From the NCBI GenBank assembly GCA_964458605.1, contig CAYWLS010000016.1:29620-93619 (forward strand): a stretch of DNA of 64,000 nt, in the 5' to 3' direction. Shown one piece after another: positions 53,677 to 64,000 of this stretch (its first letter is position 1; each line of letters begins with the position of its first letter). Source of the stretch: an uncultured Hyphomicrobiales bacterium (GTDB taxonomy: Bacteria > Pseudomonadota > Alphaproteobacteria > Reyranellales > JAQSWP01). Below the pieces are notes generated by a model. It worked only from the letters and a program-made list of their open reading frames with translations. It was not told the DNA's origin and searched no databases. Both the position numbers and the translations under genes were made by a program.

Positions 53677-53713
53677 TGAAAAACGGCCGGAAAAATGGGC
53701 TTCCCCCGGCCGG
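53677..53713 (-). terminator. GC-rich hairpin followed by U5, just upstream of the infA SD
   Basis: The minus strand reads CCGGCCG(G)-15 nt-CCGGCCG-TTTTT. Stem arms are at 53706-53712 and 53684-53690, and the T-run (plus-strand AAAAA) is at 53679-53683. Confidence 0.4.
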
Positions 53714-53816
53714 AAGTCAAGGCGAAGCCACACCCTTCCCCAGGCGGCCGGGCGGAGCCGCCCCGCCAACCGGGCGCGGCCGCCCCACCGCTACCGTCCC
53801 CCCGCGCCGCCTCCGG

Positions 53817-54260
53817 CTAAACCGTCGGCCCGCCGGCGCCGCCGAACCGCGCCTTGATGCGTTCCATCAGCCCGTCGCGCACCGCACGATAGGCGTCCAG
53901 CCGGCTTTCCCGGCTGCCTTCGATGACCGAGGGATCGACCGTATTCCAGAACTCCACCTCGCAGGCCATGGTGCGGGTCATCTCGACCGCGCTGTGCTGG
54001 GCCTCCGGCGACAGGGTGATGACCAGGTCGAAGGAGGTATCCTCCAGGTCGTCGAAGGTCTTGGCGTGGTGGCGGTGCAGATCGATGCCGATCTCCTCCA
54101 TCACGGCGATGGCGAAGCCGTCGATCTCCTGCGCCCGCACCCCCACCGAGTCGAAATAGATCTGCTTGCCGAACAGGTATTTGGCGATGGCTTCGGCCAT
54201 CGGCGAGCGCACCGAATTCTGGCTGCAGGCGAACAGCACGCTCGAGGGCAGCTCGGCCAC
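53817..54260 (-). CDS. low-molecular-weight protein-tyrosine phosphatase / ArsC-like
   Basis: CX5R(S/T) active site VLFACSQNSVRSP. Confidence 0.85.
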   Translation of the reverse strand: MAELPSSVLFACSQNSVRSPMAEAIAKYLFGKQIYFDSVGVRAQEIDGFAIAVMEEIGIDLHRHHAKTFDDLEDTSFDLVITLSPEAQHSAVEMTRTMACEVEFWNTVDPSVIEGSRESRLDAYRAVRDGLMERIKARFGGAGGPTV

Positions 54261-54261
54261 C

Positions 54262-54750
54262 TTACCCCCGGATGTGCAGGACGCAGATCAAGGTGAACAG
54301 CCGGCGCGCCGTGTCCAGGTCGAGATCGATCTTGCCCTCGAGCCGCTCGCGCAGCAGCTCGGAGCCCTCGTTGTGCAGGCCGCGGCGGCCCATGTCGAGC
54401 GCCTCGATCTGCGAGGGGCTGAGCTTCTTGATGGCGTTGTAGTAGCTGTCGCAGATGGTGAAATAGTCCTTCACCACGGTGCGGAACGGCGTCATCGACA
54501 GGATCACGTCGCGCAGCTTCTTGCCCTGGGTGTCGCGGATGTCGAACAGCAGCCGGTTCTCCTGCACCGCGATGTGCAGGTTGTAGGGACCGTCGGGCAG
54601 GCCCTGGGGCGAGAAGCTGTTGTCCTCGATCAGGTCGTAGATCGCCACCGCGCGCTCGTGCTCGACCTCGGCCGAGCGCCGCACCATGGTCTTCTCGTCC
54701 AGCACGATATGGGCGATGCGCCGCTGCTGGGAAGCCTTGTCCGCGGTCAT
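54262..54750 (-). CDS. UPF0262 family protein
   Basis: The position immediately downstream of hisD is typical for alphaproteobacteria, and the sequence pattern ERAVAIYDLIEDNSF...YNLHIAVQENRLLFDIRD matches my recollection of UPF0262. Confidence 0.75.
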   Translation of the reverse strand: MTADKASQQRRIAHIVLDEKTMVRRSAEVEHERAVAIYDLIEDNSFSPQGLPDGPYNLHIAVQENRLLFDIRDTQGKKLRDVILSMTPFRTVVKDYFTICDSYYNAIKKLSPSQIEALDMGRRGLHNEGSELLRERLEGKIDLDLDTARRLFTLICVLHIRG

Positions 54751-54761
54751 GGCGGGTGCCG

Positions 54762-56075
54762 CTAGCGCCGGTTGAGCCGGATCGCCACCGACAGGGCGTG
54801 CGCCGGCAGGCCCTCGGCCTCGGCCAGGGTCAGCGCCGCCGGGCCGATCGCCGCCAGCCCGTCGGCGCCGCAGCGCACGAAGGAGCTGCGCTTGACGAAG
54901 TCGCTCACGCCCAGCCCGGAGGAGAAGCGCGCGCTGCGCGAGGTCGGCAGCACATGGTTGGTGCCGGCCACGTAGTCGCCGATCACCTCCGGCGTGAAGC
55001 GGCCCAGGAAGATCGCTCCGGCATGGCGCACCTTGCCCATCAGCCGCTCGGCCGCGTCGTCGTCCAGCGCCAGCTCCAGATGCTCCGGCGCGATGCGATC
55101 GACCAGCGGCGCGGCATCGTCGATCGTCGGCACCACGACGATGGCGCCGTAGCTGTCCCAGGACTGGCGCGTGATGGCCGCGCGCGGCAGCACCTTCAGG
55201 TGGCTCTCCACCGCCTGCGCCACGGCGTCGGCGAATGCCGCGTCGTCGGTGATCAGCACCGATTGCGAAGCCGGATCGTGCTCGGCCTGCGACAGCAGAT
55301 CGGCGGCGATCCAGGCCGGATCGTTCTTGCCATCGGCCACAACGAGAATTTCCGACGGACCGGCGATCAGGTCGATGCCGACCTGGCCGAACACGCGGCG
55401 CTTGGCGGCGGCGACATAGGCGTTGCCCGGCCCGACGATCTTGTCGACCGGCCTGATGCTCGCCGTGCCATAGGCCAGCGCCGCCACGGCCTGCGCACCG
55501 CCGATGCGATAGATTTCCTTGACCCCGCCCAGCCGGGCGGCCAGCAGTACCAGCGGGTTGATCTTGTCGTCCGGCGTCGGCGTCACCATGACGATGCGCT
55601 GCACACCCGCCACCTTGGCCGGCATGGCGTTCATCAGCACCGAGGACGGATAGGCCGCCGTGCCGCCGGGCACGTAGAGCCCGACCGCATCGAGCGGCCG
55701 GTAGCGCGCGCCCAGCCGCACCCCTTGCGCATCGGTGAAATCGACGTCCCGCGGCGCCTGGGTGCGGTGATAGGCCTCGATGCGATCGGCCGCCATCCGC
55801 AGCGCCCGGCGCTGCGCGTCGGGCACCGAAGTCGCCGCGGCCTCGATCTCGGCGTCGGAGATGCGCAAGCCGGCGGCGGTCAGGGTCAGCCGGTCGAATT
55901 TGGCCGTCAGCTCGATCAGCGCCTGGTCGCCCCGCGCCCGCACGTCGGCCACGATGCGGCCGGCCGCGGCGTCGACGTCCTCGTCGATCTCGCGCTTCAG
56001 GTCGAGGAAGCGGGCGAAGGCGGCATCGAAATCGGCGGCGCCGGCATCGAGCCGCAGCGGCCCCTTAGGCGGCAT
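54762..56075 (-). CDS. hisD: histidinol dehydrogenase
   Basis: 437 aa with [28 protein letters not shown] and HVLPT motifs. Confidence 0.95.
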   Translation of the reverse strand: MPPKGPLRLDAGAADFDAAFARFLDLKREIDEDVDAAAGRIVADVRARGDQALIELTAKFDRLTLTAAGLRISDAEIEAAATSVPDAQRRALRMAADRIEAYHRTQAPRDVDFTDAQGVRLGARYRPLDAVGLYVPGGTAAYPSSVLMNAMPAKVAGVQRIVMVTPTPDDKINPLVLLAARLGGVKEIYRIGGAQAVAALAYGTASIRPVDKIVGPGNAYVAAAKRRVFGQVGIDLIAGPSEILVVADGKNDPAWIAADLLSQAEHDPASQSVLITDDAAFADAVAQAVESHLKVLPRAAITRQSWDSYGAIVVVPTIDDAAPLVDRIAPEHLELALDDDAAERLMGKVRHAGAIFLGRFTPEVIGDYVAGTNHVLPTSRSARFSSGLGVSDFVKRSSFVRCGADGLAAIGPAALTLAEAEGLPAHALSVAIRLNRR

Positions 56076-56730
56076 GGCGCACGACCTTGCGGAAACGATC
56101 GACCCAGCCGGCGATCTCCTCCGGCCGCGTCTTGAGCGCGGCGCGGTTGACGATCAGCCGCGAGGTGACATGGGCGATGTGCTCGATCTCGACCAGGCCG
56201 TTCTCTTTCAGGGTGCGGCCGGTCGCCACCAGGTCGACGATGCGATGGCACAGCCCCAGGCTGGGCGCCAGCTCCATGGCGCCGTTCAGCTTGATGCATT
56301 CGGCCTGCACGCCGCGCGCGGCGAAGTGGCGGCGCGTGATCTCGGGATATTTGGTGGCCACCCGCACATGGCTCCAGCGCGCGGGATTGTCGCTGCCGGC
56401 CAGTTCGATCGGCTCGGCCACCATCAGCCGGCAATAGCCGATGCCCAGATCGACCGGCGCGTAGATCTCCGGGAAGTCGAATTCCATCAGCACGTCGTTG
56501 CCGGCGATGCCGATATGGGCGGCGCCGAACGCCACGAAGGTGGCGACGTCGAACGAGCGCACCCGGATGATGTCCAGGCCGGGATGGTTGGTGGCGAAGC
56601 GCAGCGCGCGCGAATCGGGATCGGCGAAGGCCGGCTCCGGCTCGATGCCGGCCTCGGCCAGCAGCGGCGCCGCTTCGGACAGGATTCGGCCCTTGGGCAG
56701 GGCCAGGACGAGCTTGTCGTTCTGGGTCAT
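56065..56730 (-). CDS. hisG: ATP phosphoribosyltransferase, short form
   Basis: Met13 of ORF 56065..56766. [11 protein letters not shown] and [14 protein letters not shown]. Overlaps hisD by 11 nt. No hisZ in the window. Confidence 0.9.
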   Translation of the reverse strand: MTQNDKLVLALPKGRILSEAAPLLAEAGIEPEPAFADPDSRALRFATNHPGLDIIRVRSFDVATFVAFGAAHIGIAGNDVLMEFDFPEIYAPVDLGIGYCRLMVAEPIELAGSDNPARWSHVRVATKYPEITRRHFAARGVQAECIKLNGAMELAPSLGLCHRIVDLVATGRTLKENGLVEIEHIAHVTSRLIVNRAALKTRPEEIAGWVDRFRKVVRHAA

Positions 56731-56791
56731 CGGGATGTTGCTGCGCCAAATAAAAAGCCGGCGCAATCAAGACCTTACGGGCTGGCTGGCG

Positions 56792-57244
56792 CTATTCGAC
56801 CGAATGCGCCGGCTTCCAGCGGGTGGGCCATGGCTCGCCGACATCCTCTAAATGGCACAACACGCGGTCGACTTCCAGCCGGATCGCCGCCTGGTCGGCG
56901 AACACCAGCAGCACAAAATCCCCGCCATCCGGCCGCTTGCCGCACTCGACCGCCAGCAGGCTCAGCACCCGCTCCGGCCGCTGGCGCTCGATGCCCTGCA
57001 TGGCGGCGCGGCCGACGCCGTCGATCACCAGCAGGCTGTGGCTGCGGGTGAAGCTGCCGTCGGCGGCAGGCTTGCGCTCCCAGCAGAAACGGTTGGCCAC
57101 CAGCGCGAAACGGCGCTGGTCGGTCAGCAGGGTCATGTCGCCCACCGCAACTATGGCGTCCTGCAGGTTGGACGAGATCACCTGCAGGTCCTCGGCGTCC
57201 TCGGCGCGCAGCTTGAGCCCGTTGGCGGCGACGGCGCTTTCCAT
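56792..57244 (-). CDS. DUF2948 family protein
   Basis: The C-terminal 150 aa of ORF 56792..58333 (MESAVAANGLKLRAEDAEDLQVISSNLQDAIV...). The conserved murA-DUF2948-hisG arrangement fits alphaproteobacteria as I recall it. Confidence 0.7.
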   Translation of the reverse strand: MESAVAANGLKLRAEDAEDLQVISSNLQDAIVAVGDMTLLTDQRRFALVANRFCWERKPAADGSFTRSHSLLVIDGVGRAAMQGIERQRPERVLSLLAVECGKRPDGGDFVLLVFADQAAIRLEVDRVLCHLEDVGEPWPTRWKPAHSVE

Positions 57245-57249
57245 GGCGG

Positions 57250-58527
<1,278 letters not shown>

Positions 58528-58549
58528 CGATGCTTGCTTTCCGCTCTGG

Positions 58550-59104
58550 TCAGATTTTGGGCAGGGTCACGCCGCGCTGGCCCTGGTATTTGCCGCGCTT
58601 GTCGCGATAGGAGGTTTCGCAGGGCTGGTCGCCCTGCAGGAACAGGAACTGGCAGGCGCCTTCGTTGGCGTAGATCCGCGCCGGCAGCGGCGTGGTGTTG
58701 GAGAATTCCAGCGTAACGTGGCCTTCCCATTCCGGTTCCAGCGGCGTCACGTTGACGATGATGCCGCAGCGCGCATAGGTCGATTTGCCGACGCAGATCA
58801 CCAGGATGTCGCGCGGCACGCGGAAATATTCCACCGTGCGGGCCAGCGCGAAGCTGTTGGGCGGGATGATGCAGACATCGGTGCGCCGGTCGACGAAGCT
58901 GTTCTCGGCGAAGTTCTTGGGATCGACCACCGCGTTGTCGACATTGGTGAAGATCTTGAATTCGTCGCCGACCCGGGCATCGTAGCCGTAGGACGACAGG
59001 CCGTAGGAGATCACGCCCTCGCGCTTCTGGCCGTCGACGAACGGCTCGATCATGCCGTGCTGCTGGGCCATCTGGCGGATCCAGATATCGGACATCACGG
59101 GCAT
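58550..59104 (-). CDS. dcd: dCTP deaminase
   Basis: Met26 of ORF 58550..59179, with GGGGAG 6 nt upstream. [19 protein letters not shown] and [15 protein letters not shown]. Confidence 0.9.
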   Translation of the reverse strand: MPVMSDIWIRQMAQQHGMIEPFVDGQKREGVISYGLSSYGYDARVGDEFKIFTNVDNAVVDPKNFAENSFVDRRTDVCIIPPNSFALARTVEYFRVPRDILVICVGKSTYARCGIIVNVTPLEPEWEGHVTLEFSNTTPLPARIYANEGACQFLFLQGDQPCETSYRDKRGKYQGQRGVTLPKI

Positions 59105-59182
59105 CGAAAACTCCCCCACCGCCGCCGGCATCCAGGACGGCCCGCCGGTGGTTTTAGACAATGCAGCCAGCGGCCACAAGCA

Positions 59183-59404
59183 TCAGCCCCGCCTCGGCTT
59201 ATCCGCCGCCCCGATCGGGGTTTTTCCGCCGGTTTCGCCTGGCCGCGCCTGTTCGCCGGCCTGCTCCCGGGCCTGCGCCTTCCGCTTCTTCAGGTTCTCG
59301 CGCAGCGCCGCCGCCAGGCGCTGCTCGCGCGCGACCGTGGCGGCGGTTTTGGGCCGCTGGGAGGGCTGGTCGGCGTTCCGGTCGGAGGCTCGGTCCTGGC
59401 TCAT
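59183..59404 (-). CDS. small basic hypothetical protein (~73 aa)
   Basis: Met25 of ORF 59183..59476. The REQRLAAALRENLKKRKAQAR motif resembles small conserved alphaproteobacterial proteins I recall. Coding status is uncertain. Confidence 0.4.
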   Translation of the reverse strand: MSQDRASDRNADQPSQRPKTAATVAREQRLAAALRENLKKRKAQAREQAGEQARPGETGGKTPIGAADKPRRG

Positions 59405-59490
59405 GGCGGCGATGCGATCGGGCGAATCGATTTGCAGGTGAATCTGCTCATCCCTATACGGCAAACTTGTGGCCAAAGGGAGAGCGATCG

Positions 59491-60417
59491 ATGATCAAGG
59501 CCTTGCGCACGCCGGATGCCCGCTTCGCCGACCTGCCCGGCTTTCCGTGGCAGCCGTTCTATATCGACGAGCTGAGCTCCAGCGCGCCCTATGCCGGCCT
59601 GCGCATGGCCTTCATCGACGAAGGACCTCGCGGCGCTCGAGGGGGCAGCGCCCAGCGCGTGGCGCTGTGCCTGCACGGCCAGCCGACCTGGTCCTATCTC
59701 TATCGCCGCATGATCCCGGTATTCGCCGAGGCGGGCTACCGGGTGGTGGCGCCCGACCTGTTCGGCTTCGGCCGTTCCGACAAGCCGGTCGACGAAGCCG
59801 TCTACACCTTCGACTTCCACCGCGAATCGCTGCGCCTGCTGATCGAGCGGCTGTCGCTGTCCAACATCACCCTGGTGTGCCAGGACTGGGGCGGGCTGCT
59901 GGGCCTGACCCTGCCGATGGACATGCCCGGCCGCTTCGAGCGGCTGCTGGTGATGAACACCATGCTGGCCACCGGCGACGAGCCGCTGACCAAGGGCTTC
60001 CTCGACTGGCGCGCCTTCAACAACGCCAATCCCGACATGCGGGTGGGCGGGCTGCTGAAGCGCGCCTGCCCCCATCTCAACGACGCCGAGGCCGCCGCCT
60101 ACGACGCGCCCTATCCCGACGCGGCCTACAAATCGGGCGTGCGGCGCTTTCCCAACCTGGTGCCGGACGGGCCCGACGCCCCTGGTGCAGCATTGTCGCG
60201 ACGCGCCCGCAGCTGGTGGCAGGACGACTGGAAGGGCCTGTCCTTCATGGCCATCGGCATGCAGGATCCGGTGCTGGCCGCCGTCATGCCGACCTTGCGT
60301 TCCTGGATCAGGAACTGCCCGCGGCCCATGGAGGTGGCCGAGGCCGGGCATTTCGTCCAGGAATGGGGCGAGCCGATCGCCCGGGCGGCGATCGCCCATT
60401 TCGCCCGCGCCGACTGA
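59491..60417 (+). CDS. haloalkane dehalogenase, HLD-I (DhlA-like)
   Basis: Met111 of ORF 59161..60417; 308 aa. Collinear with my recollection of Xanthobacter DhlA: IRTPDxRF, CLHGxPTWSYLYRxMIPVFAExG, PDxFGFGxSDKPVDE, QDWGG (Asp-Trp), FMAIGMxD, AGHFVQE. Confidence 0.8.
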   Translation: MIKALRTPDARFADLPGFPWQPFYIDELSSSAPYAGLRMAFIDEGPRGARGGSAQRVALCLHGQPTWSYLYRRMIPVFAEAGYRVVAPDLFGFGRSDKPVDEAVYTFDFHRESLRLLIERLSLSNITLVCQDWGGLLGLTLPMDMPGRFERLLVMNTMLATGDEPLTKGFLDWRAFNNANPDMRVGGLLKRACPHLNDAEAAAYDAPYPDAAYKSGVRRFPNLVPDGPDAPGAALSRRARSWWQDDWKGLSFMAIGMQDPVLAAVMPTLRSWIRNCPRPMEVAEAGHFVQEWGEPIARAAIAHFARAD

Positions 60418-60559
60418 CCCGGCCGGCGGCGCCGACCCGCGCCGCCCCCGTCGCCCCGCGTCGCCCCCGTCGCCACGGCGCCGCTCGATGGCGTTGCGCC
60501 ACTGGCCTTTGCCGGGGCGCTCTTCCATAATCGCCGCGCAACAGTCCGGATCTTTTCCC

Positions 60560-61327
60560 ATGGCCTTGTTCAAACGCGGCGAATCGGGCGCCAGGCGCGG
60601 CCGCACCCTGGAAGTCGGCTGGATCGTCCAGCCCGGCGCGGCCTCGGCCGTCTGGTTCGAGCCGCAGCAGTTCCGGCGCGAGAGCGGTCCGCCGCCCTCG
60701 GCCAAGGCGGTGCAGAACTGTCCCGCGGTGATCGATTTCGACGCCCGCCATTTCGTCGTGCCCTGCCCGGTCGATCTCAACATCGCCCTGGCAAAGGACA
60801 AGGACGGCAAGGTGGTGCTGCGCAATCTCGACGGCGCGCAGAGCGCGGTGGCCGCCTCGCACATTCCCAAGCTGGTGCATCTCAATTCGCCCAACCAGTG
60901 GCGCCATCCCGAGCGGCCGATCATCCAGATGTCCACGCCCTATCGCTTCGTGGCCGACGAGCGCTGCTTCATGAACCAGTTGCCGCCGTTCCTGCATTTC
61001 CGGCGCGAGGCCTGGCCCGGCACCATGATCGCCGGCCGCTTCCAGCTCGACGTGTGGCCGCGCATCATGATGTGGGCGTTCGAATGGATGGACCCGTCGC
61101 GGCCGCTCGCCCTGCGCCGCGGCGAGCCGTGGTTCTATCTGCGCTTCGAGCCGGGCGACGACAGCGACCGGCCGGTGCGCATGGTCGAGGCGGAATGGAC
61201 GCCCGAGCTCGAGCAGTACTGCCAGAGCATCGACGGCGTCACCAACTACGTGAAGCGCACCTTCTCGCTGTTCCCGCTGGCCGCCAAACGCCGCCCGGCC
61301 AAGCTGCTGAAGAAGAAGGAGCGGTAG
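60560..61327 (+). CDS. conserved hypothetical protein (255 aa), no recognisable family
   Basis: Met126 of ORF 60185..61327. Normal composition, with a basic tail AKRRPAKLLKKKER. Confidence 0.55.
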   Translation: MALFKRGESGARRGRTLEVGWIVQPGAASAVWFEPQQFRRESGPPPSAKAVQNCPAVIDFDARHFVVPCPVDLNIALAKDKDGKVVLRNLDGAQSAVAASHIPKLVHLNSPNQWRHPERPIIQMSTPYRFVADERCFMNQLPPFLHFRREAWPGTMIAGRFQLDVWPRIMMWAFEWMDPSRPLALRRGEPWFYLRFEPGDDSDRPVRMVEAEWTPELEQYCQSIDGVTNYVKRTFSLFPLAAKRRPAKLLKKKER

Positions 61328-61905
61328 CTGGGGCTGCTCTCTCGCACCATAGATCTAGCCGGGACCAAGATCGGCGCTGGCCAAGCAAACTCCCGCGCCA
61401 TAGCCGACGCCTCCACAAGCTTTCCATTGTCTGACGTGCAAAACACAATGCCATTGTCTCTCAACAAGACATGGGCTTGATGGTCGACGGACAATACATA
61501 CCCGGACCAATCGAACGTCAGCATAAGAAAAACCAACCCGCTCAAAATCGCGCTCTCTTCCTCTTTATAAAAATCATCAGAATCGCCAACGAATTTCTCA
61601 AACAAATGGCATGGCGCCTGCCCAAGAGGCCTGGTTTCGCCGCAGCCATTGCGTATTTTCTCGAACAGAACGACGGCCTGCGCCGGATAGGCCGACCAGA
61701 CAGATGGCCAAAGCGCTCTGTAGTGCCCATCCGGAAGCCATTGGGCGAGGCGCGCGGCAAACCGCGCGATCTGCAGCGGCGCGGATGGCAAATCGACAGC
61801 GACGCGATAGCCAACCTTGGCAAAGTTCAGGTCACCATCGTCGGCGATGGTGACGCCAGATCTATGAAACAAATCTTCGCATTGTTGGCGCGAAAAGCAT
61901 TTCAT
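61246..61905 (-). CDS. hypothetical protein (219 aa) in a low-GC patch
   Basis: The ORF's last ~27 codons run into the 3' end of the convergent gene (82-nt overlap). No family recognised. Confidence 0.45.
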   Translation of the reverse strand: MKCFSRQQCEDLFHRSGVTIADDGDLNFAKVGYRVAVDLPSAPLQIARFAARLAQWLPDGHYRALWPSVWSAYPAQAVVLFEKIRNGCGETRPLGQAPCHLFEKFVGDSDDFYKEEESAILSGLVFLMLTFDWSGYVLSVDHQAHVLLRDNGIVFCTSDNGKLVEASAMAREFAWPAPILVPARSMVRESSPSYRSFFFSSLAGRRLAASGNSEKVRFT

Positions 61906-61918
61906 TCATCGCCTCGCT

Positions 61919-63718
61919 TCAAGCCGCCTTCGGCAAGCCCCTGGCCAGCGCCGCCGGCACCTGGATCGGCATGTCGAGCAGCATCTGGGCATAGGCCTTG
62001 CCCTGCGGGTCGGCCTGCAGCGAGGCCACGCCGCCGCCGCCCAGCGCGCTGCGCAGCAGGAAGTTGAAGCCGCCGATGCCCGGCAGCGCCCAGCGGCTGA
62101 CCATGCCCTTGACGCGATGCGCCATGTACCGCGCCACACTCGCCTCGGTCACCTGGGCGGCGATGATCGGCAGGTATTCCGGCTTGCGCGCGATGATGCC
62201 GATATTGCAGCTATCGCCCTTGTCGCCGCTGCGGCCATAGGCCAGCGCCACCAGCGGCACGCTGACCGCGTCGCCTGCAATGGCTTCCGGCTGGGGCGGC
62301 GCGTCGGCCGGCAGCATGTCGGGCGAGAAGCCGCCCTCGGCCGGGATCGTCACGTCGATGCGCCTGCCGTCGATATCGACCGTCACCGGCACCATGTTCT
62401 TGGGCACCAGGCAGGAGAACAGGCGGATCAGCGGGCCCGGCGTGGCGCGGCCGCCGCCCAGGAAGCCGGTCATGCCCGGCACGCCGCCGGTGCCCATCGG
62501 CGCGATCTCGCGGCCCAGAATGGTCAGCGCCTCCTTCTGGTCGTGCTTGGCGGCGATCTTCATCACCACCTCGCGCGATCCGGCATGGGCGTGCGGCCCG
62601 TAGGTGGTCTCCGCGCCGATCGCCTCGATCGTCACTTCCTTGTAGTCGCCCAGGTTGCGCTCGCGGAACATGCGGCGCGTGCGCTTGACGATGGCCTCGG
62701 CGATATGGGCGCCCTTCTTCGCCGCCGCGATGCCGCCGATCATGAACACGGCGGTCAGCTTGAAGCCGTCGACATAGGTGGCCGAGGTCTTGTAGGTCGA
62801 ACTGGGCGGCAGGCCGCGCGCGCCCGACACGCGCACCACGTCCGGGCCGGTCTGCTCCATCTTCACCCTGGTGAAGTCGCAGGTGACGTCGGGCAGCATA
62901 TAGGCGCGCGGATCGCCGATCTCGTACAGCATCTGCTCGCCCACCGTGGCCGGCGTGATCAGCCCGCCGGTGCCGGGCGGTTTGGAGATGGTGAAATTGC
63001 CGTCGCTGTCGACCTCGGCGATCGGGAAGCCGATATTGTCGAAATCGGGCACGAGCTGCCAGTCGGTGAAGTTGCCGCCGTTGCACTGCGCGCCGCATTC
63101 GACGATGTGCCCGGCCAGCGAGCCCATCGCCAGCCGGTCGTAGTCGTCCGCCTGCCAGCCGAATTCGTGGATCAGCGCGCCCAGCACCAGCGCGCTATCG
63201 ACGCAGCGGCCGGTGATCACCACATCGGCGCCCTCGGCCAGCGCGCGGGCGATCGGCAGCCCGCCCAGATAGGCGTTCATGCTGACCAGGGATTTGGGCA
63301 AGGTCTCGGCGCTGTCCAGTTCGACGATGCCGGCGGCGCGCAATTCGTCGGCGCGCGGCGCCAGGTCGTCGCCCAGCACCGCCGCCACCTTCAAGGTCAC
63401 GCCGGCCGCCGCGGCTGCTTTCAGCACCGCGTCGCGGCAGGAAAGCGGATTGACGCCGCCGGCATTGGTGATGACCTTGATCTTCTTCTCGGCGATCTCG
63501 CGCGCCAGCGGCGCCATGACATGGCTGACGAAATCGGTGGCATAGCCCGAGTCCGGCTTCTTCAGCCGCATGCCGGCCATGATCGACATGGTGATCTCGG
63601 CCAGGTAGTCGTTGACCAGGTAGTCGATATTGCCGCCGCGCACCAGTTGCGGCGCCGCCGTTTCGGTGTCGCCCCAGAAGCCCGAACTGCAGCCGATGCG
63701 AACCTTCTTCTCGCTCAT
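61919..63718 (-). CDS. atuA: AtuA-like (DUF1446, acyclic terpene utilisation) protein with C-terminal extension
   Basis: The pattern MSEKKVRIGCSSGFWGDTETAAPQLVRGGNIDYLVNDYLAEITMSIM...VITGRCVDSALV...HIVECGAQCNGGNF matches my recollection of AtuA/DUF1446. Confidence 0.75.
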   Translation of the reverse strand: MSEKKVRIGCSSGFWGDTETAAPQLVRGGNIDYLVNDYLAEITMSIMAGMRLKKPDSGYATDFVSHVMAPLAREIAEKKIKVITNAGGVNPLSCRDAVLKAAAAAGVTLKVAAVLGDDLAPRADELRAAGIVELDSAETLPKSLVSMNAYLGGLPIARALAEGADVVITGRCVDSALVLGALIHEFGWQADDYDRLAMGSLAGHIVECGAQCNGGNFTDWQLVPDFDNIGFPIAEVDSDGNFTISKPPGTGGLITPATVGEQMLYEIGDPRAYMLPDVTCDFTRVKMEQTGPDVVRVSGARGLPPSSTYKTSATYVDGFKLTAVFMIGGIAAAKKGAHIAEAIVKRTRRMFRERNLGDYKEVTIEAIGAETTYGPHAHAGSREVVMKIAAKHDQKEALTILGREIAPMGTGGVPGMTGFLGGGRATPGPLIRLFSCLVPKNMVPVTVDIDGRRIDVTIPAEGGFSPDMLPADAPPQPEAIAGDAVSVPLVALAYGRSGDKGDSCNIGIIARKPEYLPIIAAQVTEASVARYMAHRVKGMVSRWALPGIGGFNFLLRSALGGGGVASLQADPQGKAYAQMLLDMPIQVPAALARGLPKAA

Positions 63719-64000
63719 GACTTTCTCCGCTTGACGAATTTGCCCAGCAGCGCGGCCGGCTCGTCGCTATCCATCGACTGGGCGAAGGCGTCGATGCCCG
63801 CCGCCACCGCCTCGTCCAGCGCCAGCCGCTCCCAGCGGCGCATCAGCGCCTTCTGCAGCCGCACCGCACGGGGGCCGTTGTCGAGGATGGCGGCCAGCCA
63901 GTCCTCGACCGCGCCATCCAGCGCCTCCGGCGCGGCGAGGCGTTCGACGAAGCCCCAATCGGCCGCCGCCTGCGCGTCGATATTCTGCGCCGTCATCAGC
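63715..64000 (-). CDS. enoyl-CoA hydratase/isomerase (crotonase) family, C-terminal part; the 5' end lies outside the window
   Basis: ORF 63715..63996 is open to the window edge. The C-terminal helices have a crotonase-like pattern (GPRAVRLQKALMRRWE). ATGA overlap with the atuA-like start. Confidence 0.6.
   Translation of the reverse strand, partial: LMTAQNIDAQAAADWGFVERLAAPEALDGAVEDWLAAILDNGPRAVRLQKALMRRWERLALDEAVAAGIDAFAQSMDSDEPAALLGKFVKRRKS

Noticed and set aside
56065-56075. The 11-nt overlap of hisG and hisD, and other 1-14-nt overlaps, as recoding signals.
   Set aside because: These are ordinary translational coupling in compact operons. No slippery sequence or downstream structure is evident.

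Overview
A 64-kb, very GC-rich, almost gap-free coding segment with about 75 CDS, one tRNA, and no rRNA, CRISPR array, transposase or integrase. Gene content and synteny (yacG, RNase E/G-like, maf, infA, LMW-PTP, UPF0262, hisD, hisG, DUF2948, murA, dcd at 50.6-59.1 kb) suggest an alphaproteobacterial chromosome of Hyphomicrobiales/Rhizobiales type; this is inference only. The left part (1-19 kb) mixes central and accessory functions: gntK-gnd, an aromatic hydroxylase plus SDR, a tetR-aidB-like pair, a decayed aldolase pseudogene, a hybrid HWE histidine kinase next to a DUF4142 gene with a sigma-EcfG-like promoter, MFS and ClC transporters, marR, and an orphan AceE-like E1. The most interesting block is 19.5-43.7 kb. 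It holds a roughly 13-kb run of 12 tightly packed minus-strand genes (22504-35637): a TAXI-TRAP transporter, flavin reductase, CoA ligase, amidohydrolase_2, ACAD, two PuuE/CE4-like paralogues, an isochorismatase-like hydrolase, an ICL/PEP-mutase-family lyase and a LeuCD-like hydratase. These sit under a divergent LysR gene with a perfect palindromic operator. I read this as an uncharacterised catabolic pathway, possibly for a cyclic imide, ureide or N-heterocyclic carboxylate. A second LysR-adjacent cluster follows it (CoA ligase, NitT/TauT-type ABC importer, FAD monooxygenase, atypical alpha/beta hydrolase). A visibly lower-GC islet of six small orphan genes (46.6-49.3 kb) abuts the 3' end of tRNA-Phe, and two further low-GC patches (about 50.3-50.6 kb and 61.3-61.9 kb) carry an apparent gene remnant and an orphan gene. 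All family assignments come from reading motifs in the supplied translations; no database search was run.
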